From positions 1-64,000 of the forward strand of contig QPGO01000008.1 of the NCBI GenBank assembly GCA_008632985.1: a stretch of DNA of 64,000 nucleotides. The letters run 5' to 3'. The notes beneath the pieces were generated by a model. It saw nothing but the letters and a program-made list of their open reading frames with translations, searched no databases and was not told where the DNA came from. The position numbers and the translations under genes are program-made. Positions 32,549-45,900 of this stretch are shown here, piece after piece; the stretch's first letter is position 1, and the number at the start of each line of letters is the position of its first letter. This stretch comes from Psammoneis japonica (lineage: Eukaryota).

Positions 32549-35500
32549 GGTGAAAGCACCTCCTCTCTTGGCTTTTGGGGGGTTTCTTGGACAGACACTT
32601 TTTCCAGATGCTGGCGGTGGCAATCCATGTGACATTGGGTCTGCAAAATTTTGTGTGAAATCTCCAGCTGCAGCAAAGTCCCCAGGTGATGAACACATCA
32701 ACAATTGCCAACAGAAAAAGAAGCAATTTGGCAAAAGCACAAACTCGTCCATGGTTGAAGTGCATCATCTCTCACTCAGCCTGGCACATTCTTCAAACAT
32801 TGAAGAATGCACTTGGCACATTGTTGTTCCCACAAAAGCACCAAACAAAAAGTCTTGAGCTTTGCAAAACAGGGAGTGTGGGACAATTCTGTGGAAGAGC
32901 ACATGGAGAATTGTGTGCGCGAAACATGCACGTGCAAAACACACGATGGATGACAAAAAAACAAGTGTGTCTCCCGCCTGTGGCTGGACCATGTCAACAG
33001 CCAATTTGGTGCATTTCAACAATGCATGGAACAGCTCCATTCCAACAACAAAATTTGAGCACAGCCTGCATTCCAACATCTCAGAAAGCATGCTCCAAGT
33101 GCATCTTCAATGTTCTCACAACTGCTTGCCACACAAACCCTTTTGATGGTGCAGGGTAAGCTGGCAGACTGTGTGTGGTCAAGCAAAGTTTTCAAGAACT
33201 CCAAGCGCAAGTCCAGAATGTGGGGGGGGGCACTGCAATGCTCAGCTGCATGCCCTGGCCACAGAAAGCAGAGCAGAGCATGATGAAGTCACCCCGCAGT
33301 TGGCGGCATTGCCTGATGCTGCTGAACGGAGAGCACCAATGGAGCAAAACAATGTGTGCATCATGGGGCATTTTGCAGCAGTGCTGCAATGTGGTGGTGA
33401 GTGTGCCATGCATTGTGTCACAGAGAGGCATCATGATTTGAGCACAGCAGCAGGAGAAAGAAAATCCTGGGAGTTTGAGTTTGGACCTCAAGTGATGTGA
33501 AACTTGGCTGGTTTCATGAGCACTTGGAAAAACACAGATGTGGTTTCCAACAACATCTTCAAGAATCCTCAGCTGGCTTCTGTAGAACAGTGAGCTCAGA
33601 GTTGCTCTTCTTGCCATTGCACAAAGAACACAAAGCTTGGCCTTGTGAAACATGTTGGTGCCTTGAGTGCACAGTTGCTTCAGCTGCCTGCTGAGTGCAA
33701 GTCATCAACTCTTGCCCTCATTTTGTGAGCTGGGTCTGCTGCAGCAGCAGCAAAAGATGCTGAGTGCTGACTGCACATGAGAGTTGCCACATGGGCCTCA
33801 CAGGGCTTGGACACTTCAGGTTTTCCTCTGTGCACTTGACTGCACACATGTTTGAAAGCTGGTTTGTTGAGACAAGCAAACAGGACTCCCCCCCCCCCGT
33901 CAACTCCAGCTGTGGCTCCAATGGGGAAGCAACATGCAATGCCAGCAAACTTGCTGTTTGTGTGCATGTGCCAAATGCCTGCAGAGTTGTGCTGGCCACA
34001 GCTCACTTTTTGTTTGCAGCTGTGTTGCACAAATGGTGCACCTTCAGAGGGCTGGCTGTTGCATCAAAGAGTGCACGCCAAATGCCTGCTGACACCAGCT
34101 TTTTTCCTGGAGGTTGCAAAGTGGCCTGGATTGCTTGATTGAGGTGCTTGTCCTCCAGCACCACCCACCTCACATCTGAGCCCTGAGCCCTCCCACAGGC
34201 CTTGTAAGCCTGTGGGTTTTGGCCCACTTTGGCCAGCAATCACATTCTCCATGTCCCACAGCATTTGAGGTCTGCATGTTTGGCTTGTTTTGGTTGCTCT
34301 CACTGACACTTGTGCTTCACAACTTGTGCTCTTTTTCTGATTTTGAACTCCATTTTCACAGATGATGTGAGAGGAGAAATGCAACAAGAAGGAGGGCTGG
34401 AGAGAAGCTGCACACCCACCTGGCCACCCATGTCTCCTCTCGTGGTGATGGCTCTGCCCCCCATTTGAAGAGCACAACATCTCTCCTGCCAAGCCTGCTG
34501 ATCAAGCCATCCCCTGATGTCCCAGCTTCTCATCTTCATTGCACACACAAAGCTTTGAGACATTTGTCAAGTGGCAGTGCCCCCCAACATCTCTTTTCAA
34601 GCAAGACAAGGCTGGTTTGGTCAGGACCAGATCAAGTTGAAGAGTGCACCTGTCTGAAAACTGTGTCTCTGCTTCACAAAAAAGGGTTCTGCAGCCTTTG
34701 TCACTTTGTTCCTGGCACTCTCTGTCAAGCTGAAGCTCAAGGCAGTCATGCAAAAGCTTTGGCAGCTGGCTCAGAGCATGCAACTGAATTGCAAAGCTTG
34801 TTGGATTGCAGCTGGCACCAAAAGCACATCTGCCTTGATTGTGCCATGTGTCTGTCATTTTGCATGTTTTCAGGGCACATCCATTTGCTCACACACAGTG
34901 AGGCATGCAATGATGGCCCCACTGACCATCTCAAATGTGCCTGAAAAATTTTTGCACATCTTCCAGCATGCATTTCTTGAAGACCTTCCTGTTTCTCTCA
35001 TGTTGGTCTTGACATCAACAGCAAGGTTGCTTGTGTGATCACTTTTTGTCATTGTCAGCCAAGAGGCCTGTTCCAGCTCCAGGTGCTCCGCTTTTCATCA
35101 TGCTAGATTTTCTGTGCAGTTTTCAGCTCCAGACATTTTTGTCTCCACCCAGCAGAGCTCGCACTTTTTGGCTTCATGCAAACATTGATTGCTCCAATGA
35201 TGTGATGCATTCATGACATTGATGCTCATGTGCAACAACTGAGGTGCACAATGCGTCACAGGAAGAATCATGTCAGTTGGCATTCAATGTTTTTCTGGTG
35301 ATGCACAGAACAATGCTGACCCATGCGAACACGTGCGGTCCACCCAACACACACCAGCCATGATGCAGCACACCGCTGTCACAGCTCCACAACCCCCTCT
35401 TCACCCTTGCGGTTGCATGAAACCATCTGTTCCTTTCATTTCAAAGTCACGTCATTGTCGTCGCAATGCGGCTGCGGCTCTAAAGAGTTGCTGTTGTTGC

Positions 35501-35740
35501 GGACAACACCATCTCTTCGCATTCTCTCGTTTCGAATTCGGCAAGTCGCTCTGTCGTGTTTTTTTTTGTGCGTCACCGCACGCGTGCATTTTTCTGGTTG
35601 CTTGCTTCTCACATCTCGTTTTGTGGTTGTTTTGCACCAGGGCCTTCGGAATTTCTACAAAACTCAAGTGTTCGCCCGAGCATTCTCCGAGTGACAGTTT
35701 CTGCTGGAACAAACTTGTCTTGGTTTGTTTTCACTGTGAC

Positions 35741-35991
35741 GCTTGCTGTTTGCACTTTTCAGCATCTGGAACTGCCTCAGAGGCTGCCTCTGTTCATCCG
35801 CATCACTTTTGCGGTGACTGACGTTGGCCCCCTCTCTGGAGTGCATTTGTCGTGCAAGCAGGCACGCAGCTTGCTGTTTGATGCTTTTCAGCATCTGAAA
35901 CTGCCTTGGAGGCTGCCTCTGTTCATCCGCGCCACTTTCGCGGCAACTGGCGTTGGCCCCCTCTCTGGAGTGCATTTGTCGTACAAACAGG
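35741..35991. repeat. Two-copy ~128-bp tandem duplication inside the transposon
   Basis: gcttgctgtttg...cagcatctg.aactgcct..gaggctgcctctgttcatccgc... at 35741 and 35869. Confidence 0.9.
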
Positions 35992-36014
35992 AGTGCAAAA
36001 GCAGTGCATTTGCC

Positions 36015-36857
36015 ATGGACATGTTGGCCAAAGTAGCCTCCCAGCAGCGTCCCATTGGCGGCACTTCCCCTCAAGCAAGCGATGACTCTTCCAGCACGTT
36101 GAAGGTTTCCTTTTGTGTCCAGCGTTGCATCAAGGCACTCACGGAACATTGCCCACCGCAGGGTGAAGCCAAAACTTGGTGCACTGTGCCTCTCCAAGAT
36201 GCAGCTGATCCCCTTGAGTGCCCTCAAGGTCTTGTAGATTTGAGCATCTTGACCACAGAAGATTGTGGAACAAAGAAGACGAGCCCTCTCTTTCATGTTC
36301 TTCATCACAAGAATGGTTTGGATGGGTTCAACAGCGCCAAAACACGGAACATGTTCTGCAACACTGTTGTTGATTGGTTTTGTGAAAAATTTGACTCCAA
36401 GAATCAACCACAACTGAACCAACACATCAAGGACAAGAACCAGCACCTCTTGATGTTGGTTGTGGTGCCATCAGGAATGTTGATGAGGGATGCCATGAAG
36501 GACAAGCAAAACATTGCTGCTGTTTTGATGCACTGTGTCAAGACAAACATTGGCCTGCTTGTTGATTGCGTCCGTGTGACAGAGTCTCTGGTTGTGTCGG
36601 TTGGGACGGGCAATGAGAGTGAATCAATCACACCGTTGAGTTGAGGTGCATGTCCTTTTTTGATTGGACTTGCCCAAGCCATTTGCTGTGGTGTTGTCAA
36701 GAAGATGGATGCATGTCTTCATTGTCAGAAGACTTTGAAGTCTCACTGCATTGGAGTGATGGGTTTTGAGGACATCACGGACACCATGAGTGATCGTTCC
36801 GACCTGGCGGACGTCCGCAAGCACTGGGACTGGGATGATCTCATGATGAATGATTGA
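36015..36857 (+). pseudogene. Transposon cargo ORF, possibly GNAT acetyltransferase-like; one in-frame TGA at 36642
   Basis: LLVDCVRV...S*GACPFLIGLAQAI...LKSHCIGVMGFE; after Tyr restoration it resembles GNAT motifs A and B (..YY..MGF). Confidence 0.35.
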
Positions 36858-37344
36858 TGCAACACTGTTGCCCTGTGTGCAAAGGAGAGGATTGCTCCAA
36901 TGAGCTCTGCAATTGTTTTGGCATTGCCTCATTCCAGCGCTGAGTGTCAGAACGTCGCAACAGAGATCCGCAAGAATGAAGACTGTTGGGAGGAACCGCT
37001 TGTTGAAGGAGGATGCATTGCTGATCATTCGTGCAATGCCAAGCACTGATTCCACTTGGCATCTTTGGTCAACATTCACAACCTAGAAACGTGTGATGAT
37101 GAAAAGTCGACCAAAGATTTAAAGACGCGTCTTTTGGCTGCCTTTTGGCGAGGCCGTGTTTCAAAGTTGGTGGCAAATTAAGTCTCCAAAGGGAGTGAAG
37201 AACAATTTTGAAATGTTGGCTTTGAAGGGGTTGCACGTCAAGTTCTGCTGTGAAACAAGACATCCTGTTCTATCTGCAAAACAGCGCTGGGGTTCAATCT
37301 GCAACCATTGCTCTGTTCCAAACTAAATCGCTCAGAGGAAGCAG

Positions 37345-39650
37345 GTGGACGAAAAGCTGCGTCGAAAGCCACGCATCAGCCACAAGAAGTTGAAGAAAAT
37401 TGTGGATCACAGCGACGATTGTGTTTTTCATGACGAGTGTTGCAAAAGGGAGAAGCTTGAACAGCCAGATGATGACATGCAGGAAGATCCCTGCATTCCC
37501 GAACTTCCCACCAACTCACAATGCAAAGTGCTCACAAGTTGCACGAGTGGCTGCCGGAGGATTTTCTCATTTGGGCCATGCGACCCCAATGACAGACTGC
37601 CATCCGAGGCCTTGTTTGACATCATTGCAGGTTGGCGGCACAACCATGTGTTGCGGATCACCTCTGATGGTGAATGCAGAGGCACCGCTTGTCCGCTGGA
37701 CCAGCGGTGCAAGCCTTTCAAGCTGTGATGACACTCCATCACCGAAGACAAACACATGTTTGAAGTTCACTTCCCCGCCGGACCAAGCAGGAAGGACTGT
37801 TTCAAAGAGCCGCTTGCTCACCTTGCTGATTGATGCAAGGCAGCTCCTGGACTTGCATGGTGCAAGTTTTGCAGAAGGATCCGTTGCCATCGTCACATGC
37901 ATCATGCTGGTGCCTGTGATGCAAGGTTGAAGGAAGAGGTGAAGGAGGAGGAAGAGGAAGAGGGGAAGGAGGGCAAGGAAGAGACGGATGACCTGCAAAA
38001 GGCCGAGGCTGGCACTGCAAGGTTGCAACTGCGAGACAAAACCCAGGAGGAGGAAGATGGGGCCATGGATCAATCGCCTGAGGAAGAGGAGGAAGAGGAG
38101 GAAGATGACGGTGTGCAAGACGAAATCCAGGAGGAGCAAGATCCAGAGGAAACTGAGGATGAGGAGGAAGATGAATGCAAGGAAGAAGTTTCTGCAGCTG
38201 CAGAAGAGAAGAGGGAGAAAGCCAAGGCTGCAAAAGAGAAGAGAGAGAAAGCCCCGGCTGCAGAAGAGAAGCAGGAGACAGCGGGGGAGGCTTTTTGCAG
38301 ACGCTTGCATCAGCTTTTGAAAGACATCACTGGAGTGCATGAGGATGAGGATCTCATTGGCCTTTGCAGCTCTGTCCCAAAACCAAGGCCAAAAGGAGAC
38401 ACTTCATGGCATCGGTTGACCAAAGAGCAGCAACACCAACAAGAAAGGGATCGACTCAAGCGTGAGTGCGAAGACGCTCAAGTGATGTTGCAGGTTAAAA
38501 AACTCATTTGGATTGATCCAAGTAAATGGAACAGCAGGTGTCAGCATCCTGGCAATTCCGAAGGAGCCGTTCCTCACTTGTTTGGTTGCTTTGAAGGGAA
38601 AAACAAGGATGTCATGTTGTGGGAACAATGGTTTGACGTGCGATGCAATGAAATGAATGGCCATCCCATGAACATGTGTGCGGACCTCATTTTACGTGCC
38701 AAACACAAACCAAACAATCCCCAGCAACTCAATCGAAAATGCAGGGATGAGATTAAGAACAAGGTGGAATTGATTTGCAACCCACCGCAGATTGCCAAAC
38801 TGAAGAGATTGACTGAAGCAGAGATTCAAAAACTTCCACCTGTTGGGTGGGGAGCTGATTTCATTGGCCACAGCTTGGAGGGGAACCGTCCCATGTGTGC
38901 AACCCTGGATTGGGCTGAGTGCAAGTTTGAGTTTCGGTTTCCAGATGTGTGGAAAGATTTGAAAGAATTGAAGCCATTGGATGGTTGTTGCTCCTTGCCG
39001 GAAGGAAACGTGTTGATGCCATCGAACAGCAACTTGCCGATGAGCGGTCCACCTGTGAAATTCCTGCAAGGACAAAACGACACTTGCGTTTTTTCCTCCT
39101 TGGCCAGTGTTCTTGATTGTGCTGGTGACATGGAAATGAGAGACTGCACTGCTTCTCACATTCAAACATCTGCCAACTGTGCTGACACTGACAACAAGTG
39201 CATGTTGTTTGCAAAGAACATGTTGAATGGTCGTTTGAAGGGAAAATTCCCGCCTGAGAACTCAAACATGAAGTTTTGCGGCAGTGTGGATCAAACGATT
39301 TCCCTTGCAGCAGGTGGTGAATTTGACATGACGACCTGCAATGATGACTTCACAACTTTGTGCTGTCTTGTGAACAACCACACTGCATTGCCTTGCACCG
39401 TGGATGGATCTTTGATTCCAACCACCCTTTTGCATTGCCAGCAAAGGACATTGAGTGCTTGAATTGGTGTCTTGGGAACAAGGAACATGAGATGAAATGC
39501 ACGGTGAAAAAGCGTCTGCAACAAGTGTTCATGGTGCACCAGTTCAAACTTCCTGGGGAGGTGCAGCAGAAGTTGCACGCAAAAAGGAAAGCTTTTGTGT
39601 TGGACGGCATGATGCAAAATGACACAATCACAGTGTTTGTTCATTGTCCC
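37345..39650 (+). pseudogene. Transposon cargo ORF: acidic Glu-rich region plus papain-fold/C39-like cysteine protease domain
   Basis: QGQNDTCVFSSLASVL (Gln, Cys), then HCIALHRGWIFDSN (His, Asp) after a frameshift near 39375. Confidence 0.5.
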
Positions 39651-39659
39651 ATTGCCACT

Positions 39660-42566
39660 TCATTTGTGTGAATCATCACTGTCGCTGTCCCCTGCCGTGC
39701 TCTCATCATCCTCCGCAGTGTCTTCCATGTCGTCATTCTCTCCCCCCCACTCACCAGCTTTGATGTCTTGTTCCTCCACCTCATCCAAACAGTCCTCAAA
39801 ATGATCCATTGCCCCCCGCTGTTGGATGGCATCCAGAATTCCTTCATGCGTTTCATCACTCAAATGACGTGGATGAAGAAGTGAAGCCTCGTTCCTGTTG
39901 CACGTGCTTGGCAGTTCCAGATTGGCCAATGGTTCATTGAGCTCAATGTCGGCAATTGCAATTTGCTTGAGCAACACTCTTGTCTTGCATTCCTCAGCAT
40001 CACCGGGAGCGCACCATCCTCTGGCCCGTGGAACAGGGTTAAGATGCATTCCCTTGCAAACCCATTCACTGGCCTTGGCAGTTGTGGGCATGTCAAACTC
40101 TTTCCACACCTCGTCCTCCTGTGATTTGTGGAGGAGTTCATCCCATTGCAGCAGATGGAAGCCCTCCTCAGATTCACAAGGCAATGCGGCACAGCTGTTT
40201 GGAACAATTTCCTTGGCCATTTCCTCAGTCAGGAAGTCCAACACAGATTTGTGAACCAGCTGCACCTCGTCGGCGTCACTCTCATCTGTTTGAATCACCT
40301 GACACACTTGCCAATCATTTGTCCCCTCAAAGATGGGCCACAGTTTGCAAGCTCGGTTGCCACCTGCATGTCGTGGCTGCTCTGTTGGCTTGACATTTTT
40401 AACCCAAGGCCGTTTCAGCTGATCCAGGCAGGCTTCACAAGCACAAGGAATTCTTCGCATTGCAACCCAGCCAATGGGGAAAAGAGGTTCAAATCAGAAA
40501 TGGCACAAGGCTCCAATGCCACAATGGCATGTGTGCACTTGCACCAACCCAATCAACTTGACTTTGATTGAAGAGCCAAGAACTTTGTCAGCTTCCTGCA
40601 GATGACACACCCTTTGCATTGACTTTCAAAGGGATTCCCTCTTGGCATGTTTTCTGTCACCAACTGTGCCGAAAGCATTCTTGTTCTTTGTGACCATTTT
40701 TGCAACATTCCTTTGCACAACTGTGTGCGGCTGCAACACTGTTGTCATCCATGACCAAAGCTTCAGGTCTAATTTTCCCATCCCTGTCATTGACTCCTGC
40801 AACAGTTGAGTGATTTGATGTGGGCTCCAATGCCATCAACCTCTCCTTTGCCATGTCCAGGTGCTCCAATGGCACGGTCAAACACAATGTTGCATTTGTG
40901 TGCAAAGACAGACAACAAGTGCAGTGCCAAAGCACATCGGCATTGTTTGGCACAACCATCAGTGTGATCCCAAATCACAAGCCACGCCTTGTGCAGGTTG
41001 TGGTTTTTTAACCAGGTGACAAACTTTTCCAAGTGAGCATTGGTGGTGGTGGCATCTTGTTTGGAAGAGTCAGAGAGATGCGCATGATGTGTTTTCTGAA
41101 GCTCATTGTCAACCATTGCATCGCAAACTCTTCCTTTGATTGACAATGTTTGGTTGTTGCCACAATGGTCACCCTGAACTTGGTTGTTGAACTCTGCCTT
41201 CTGATGCTCGGAGCAGTCATGAGACATGAACAGGCTGTTGGGTGTTGACTCAAATGCTTTGTGGCGCATTTCCATGCAATGATTTTTCCCAAGAATGACC
41301 GCGTGGGGAAGGTGGCAGTGGAGCTTCTTTAAACTTGGAATGCAGTGCTCTTTTGTAAAGACACTGACTGGTTTTCGGAACCTTGTCAACAAGGTCCCAC
41401 GTTTCACCTTTGCATCCTTGTTCCCATCTGGATCTGCCTCACAAACAGGACATGCTTCCATGCACACACCATGCTTGGAACAACTTTTTTACAGTTGAGC
41501 AACGTTGAAACAAAACTTGGGGTGCACTGGGACTTTCATTCTGTTCCAACAATGGAGTTGGATGGGATGGGATGATCCTGACCATTGACATTGCCGCAAA
41601 TGATGGTTGCAACTGCATCTCGGGCTTTGGGATGAAGGTGATGGCCGTTGGGGCCAAACGCCTCCTCTTGATGGACACGCATTGTTTCCTCCAATTTGCC
41701 AAGGGCACTGTCACAGTTCTCCAAGTTCTCAGGATCCTCACTTGCAAGCTTCAACCGATTTTGCTCCACCTCCATCTCTTTTAAAAGCTTCCTTCAAAAC
41801 CTGTTCAATGCATCTTGTAGAAAATTGGCGTTGGTGCAATTGCTGCATTGACACATGCTGCGTTGACTTGCTTTCATTTTTCGACACTGCTTGGGAATCA
41901 AAAATCAAAACATCGTGTCGCTGATGAGGGTCTTGCCATTGGCATCACGTGCATGTTTGAATCCGCCAACAGACACAGGCTTCAACATGTCATTGTGCAG
42001 CTCACGTGTGGACACATTGCGCAACCATTTGTTCACTCGTTTCTTGTTTCCATCTTCATCTTTGCTGAGAATCATGTCTCATGTGTTGGGAGACTGCACT
42101 GTGTTGGGATGATTTGACAACCAGTGCACAAATGCCTTTCGGATCTCAGGGGAAACTTTGTGAGGATGCCGACGGGGTTGCACTGAAGACCACATGACAT
42201 CGTCAGTGTTTGAAATCAATGCCTCTCTGGCAATCTTTCCCTTCTTCATTTGGCGATGAACAGTGCTCTGTTTCAGGCCAAGTGCCTTGGCATGGTCATG
42301 GGAAGACAACTTTTCCTCTTCATCAGATTTTTCTGGTGAACCGGAGATTCCAGTTGCCAGAGCACGGACAAACGATTTTTTGTCGTCGGCGAGGTGTTGA
42401 CCATTGCTGGCATCATTGGCACGTGCCCACATTTTGCCCAACTGCTTGGCAATTTGCAAGGCTGCAGAATTTGTTTTGGCAATGTCAAATTGCAAGCCTG
42501 AAGAAATGGGGCTAACTCGGGAAAATGCAAAGCATGCACAAACGCACAGATTTGTTGTTCTTGAGT
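39660..42566 (-). pseudogene. Sola-like transposase, fragmented; the N-terminal part may continue beyond Copia-2 at ~49748-50370
   Basis: DCSE..NQVQGDH, DHTDGCAKQCR, GHGKGEVDGIG and RRIPCACEAC correspond to D(F/Y)SE / DG..QY / HGKG..DG motifs. Confidence 0.72.
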
Positions 42567-42571
42567 GGTGG

Positions 42572-42765
42572 TGTCAGCCCATCTGCACCTGTCGCATGAT
42601 GGACAGACTGGATGCGGATGATGGCTGGACCATTTGGATGGACAAGCAGATCTCTCTGAGATCTGCTTCTCACTTTCTCATCTGCTGGCACTCATGTCAT
42701 CACAGTCCTGGTGCTCCAGGGAGTCTTTCACACCTCTGTCACTGTCGACCTTCGGCATTCTGTCA
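42572..42765 (+). repeat. Copia-2 5' LTR (194 bp)
   Basis: Direct repeat of 49550-49742. Confidence 0.95.
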
Positions 42766-42777
42766 GGTTGTGGCCAC
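42766..42777 (+). promoter_or_regulatory. Putative PBS GGTTGTGGCC (cf. copia half-tRNA-iMet PBS GGTTATGGGCC)
   Basis: Directly follows the 5' LTR; TA appears as TG. Confidence 0.65.
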
Positions 42778-42943
42778 ACGCTGTGCCACAGACCTCTGCG
42801 CCAAGCTTTCTGTCTCGATCCATTTGTTTTGTGAGCCGATCAAGCGAGCCTCATCATCTGATCCGACAACTTTTTGTCTCGCTTTCCCGGCATTTTTCAC
42901 GACCGTAGAAACACGCCAGATTTCCACGCGTGCATGACCAAAA

Positions 42944-45900
42944 ATGGCTCCACCCACTAAAACCATGGCGTCTCCCGACCTTGCAAAAGCCGCTCCTGCG
43001 TCAATTGCAGAGATCTGCTGCGAATTTGAGGCACACACAATGACACCACATCTACATCAGTGCCTGAGTGCGGTTTGTGCAGACTCCATGACTGATCTCG
43101 ATCGATTTTTTGACGATCCAGAGCATGCGCAACCCAAGAACGATTTTGCGGACATGCTTCGTGATCATTTCATCCATGAAGCGTTTCCACCTTACACAGC
43201 TGATCCCACAGATGTAGAGTCAATCAAGACGATTGTGGATCAAGCCCCGTTCAGACTTCTTGACCCTCAAAGGCCTCGTCCAGTCCGCCTGACGACTCCG
43301 ATCTTGTCAAAGATGATCAAGACAAATCTTCAGAATGGTGAACAATCTCTGTTCATCATCATGTCTACCCAACACATGCATGTTGATCCGGACATGATGT
43401 GGAGCTGTCACAACTGGAACGAGTTCTCTCTTGCGCCCCACCAGAAGAAACAGCAGCCTCCGTCTTCTTCTCAGAAACCCACAGGACCTGCTACATTGAC
43501 TGTGGCTGACTTGGCAACTGCACTCAATGCATGAGCGTCGAGCCATGCTCCGCCTTCTGCAGCTTCTGCCAAGACATCTGGAAGCACTGCATCTTCCGCA
43601 ACATCGAAGTGCCTCTTCAATCCAAGCACACTTCCTGCAGACGTTCGTGCACGCTACGACCGCAAAGAAGATGGAAAAGTTGCTCTTCAGAGCTCTCTCG
43701 TCCCTTGCGACCATGGATTCCGTCACTGTGTTGATGCATCCGATCGTGTCATCCTTGATGATGGTGCCCTTTTCATCATGAGCTCGACTCCTGATCAGAA
43801 AATGCTGTTCAGAGAACCTCCTGCATGTCATGACGACTCTCCCCCTGGGATGCAAGCATGGTGCCAAAATCTCCAACGTCATGCCTTTGATTCAGGTTGC
43901 TGCGTGCATCCCCTGTGGTGTTTCACTGAGGATCACGGTGGTGAGAAGGGCTTTGAGATCGGCAACGGCAAGGATGATGACTTGCCTCAACGCATGTACG
44001 TCCACTGCAAGGAAGCTCAGAGTTCTCTCCACAAAATCCTCTCCAAGTTGGATGTGTTCCCCAAGAACAGCAAGTGTCATCGGATTGTTGCATCGTGCTG
44101 CGGCAACGGACACAAGGCTCCAAAGCAGATTGTCTGCGAGAATCACCCTGCCTTTGATCATGATGCTGCTGGACTTGTTGACTCCCATCCCATCCAAGGC
44201 AATCGATCATTGACGGACTGCCACATGATCTTCAATGATTTCCTGCAGCTACGTGCCCACATTTTTGATGCGGACTCTACGTTGAACGATCCACGGGAGA
44301 TGACTGTCTTTGTCAAGAACACTGAGTGCTCCAAGTTCTTGTCACGTGCTGCCAGAGATGAACGGAAGTCTCCAGCCATGCAGAAGAAGCACACGGATGC
44401 ACAGATTGTCGAGACTCTCTCTGATTTCCTCCGCCAACCGGATGGCCCATCCCTTCCCACTCGTACGACGCAATCCAACCCACGCCGTACATGGAATCGA
44501 GCAGATGCTTCTACGCGACGCACACCTGCCAATGTCAACTCTCTCCAGATCCCTGAGATGCCCCTCCATGAACCAGTTGATGACTCTGCCACTGAAGATC
44601 CTGGTGCAGAATCTCCACCTCCGGATGCCTTTGATGCTCTTTGCGACGAATTGCACGAACTCGAGATCCCATCTACGGACGAAGATCGAATCCTTCACCA
44701 TGTGCACTCGGCTTCAGTCTACAAACTGAAAGTCACTCCGCATGAAGCCTCCAAGAAACCATGTCTTGTCTGCTCCGGAGAGCATTTGTTTGATGACTGT
44801 CCAGTCCTGAAGAATGACCCGTGCATCAAGGGATTCCACATCCGTTTTTGTCAATTCTTAAAACGGGAAGCAGCCATGCGTGCTTCTGAGTTCCAAGGAC
44901 CCCAAGGTTTGCTCCCACCTCATCACGGATTTTCAATCGGGCCGTTGCAGCTAGTTTCGGATCTCCGGCGCTGCCCGTCATCTCCTCACTGAGACAAGAC
45001 CAATGTCAGCGGGATGACCTTGAAAGAGGGACTAACCGTCTCGTCATCTGCCGCTGCAACACCTCTTTCCTCACAGATTGACATGGATGCCACCCCTTCC
45101 ACCTCCACGAAGACATCATTTGACACTGACACGTTGCCCGATGATGACCCTGCTCCTCAAGAAGCCTCCGTCGATGCTGCTCATGTTCCGGATCCTTTGG
45201 AACAGGGGAGGGAAGACCCAGAAACACCGGTTTTTGAGGAATGTGTTGATCTCACCTGTGATGACATGGCTGCTGAAGACGGTTTTGCTGCCGTCAATTC
45301 TGTTTGTGTCACTCCAATTGATCCATGCCAGGCGAGTCACTCACCTGAGCCGGAACCACTGCGATCCACTTGTTCTGTCAATGGGGCAAACTTTGCTCCA
45401 AATGAACGTTGTGCTCAGTTGGATGCAGGTGCCGACATTGCGTGTGCAGGCGACCGTGACCTCCTCCATCACTGCCAAGACTTCACTCCGTCCCATCCCT
45501 GTCCCCTTGCCGTCAACCCGGCCCTTGGCCACCAAGCTGTCCCAGTTGGATTCGGCTATCTTCGCATCCCTGCAGAGAACTCTGATGGCCATGTTGAGGT
45601 CCGTGCACACTGCCACCCACAGATTCAATCTACGTTGGTCGATGAGCGACTCCCCCTTCGTCAAAATGGTTCTCGTCGCGCAGATTGCAATGTCGATTGC
45701 ATTCTCAAGTTCCACGATCTCGGCACCTGCAAGTTTGTTGCACGACACCGATTGCGCAAGAGTCAGGACATTGTCATTCATGGAAAATTGATCAATGGAA
45801 AATGTTTTGCTCACCCTCTCATTCTCCCGGAATCTAACGACAAACTGGATGCATCTGTCGAGCGCCTCAAGACTGCTGATCCTTCTTTTGCCGATGAGTG

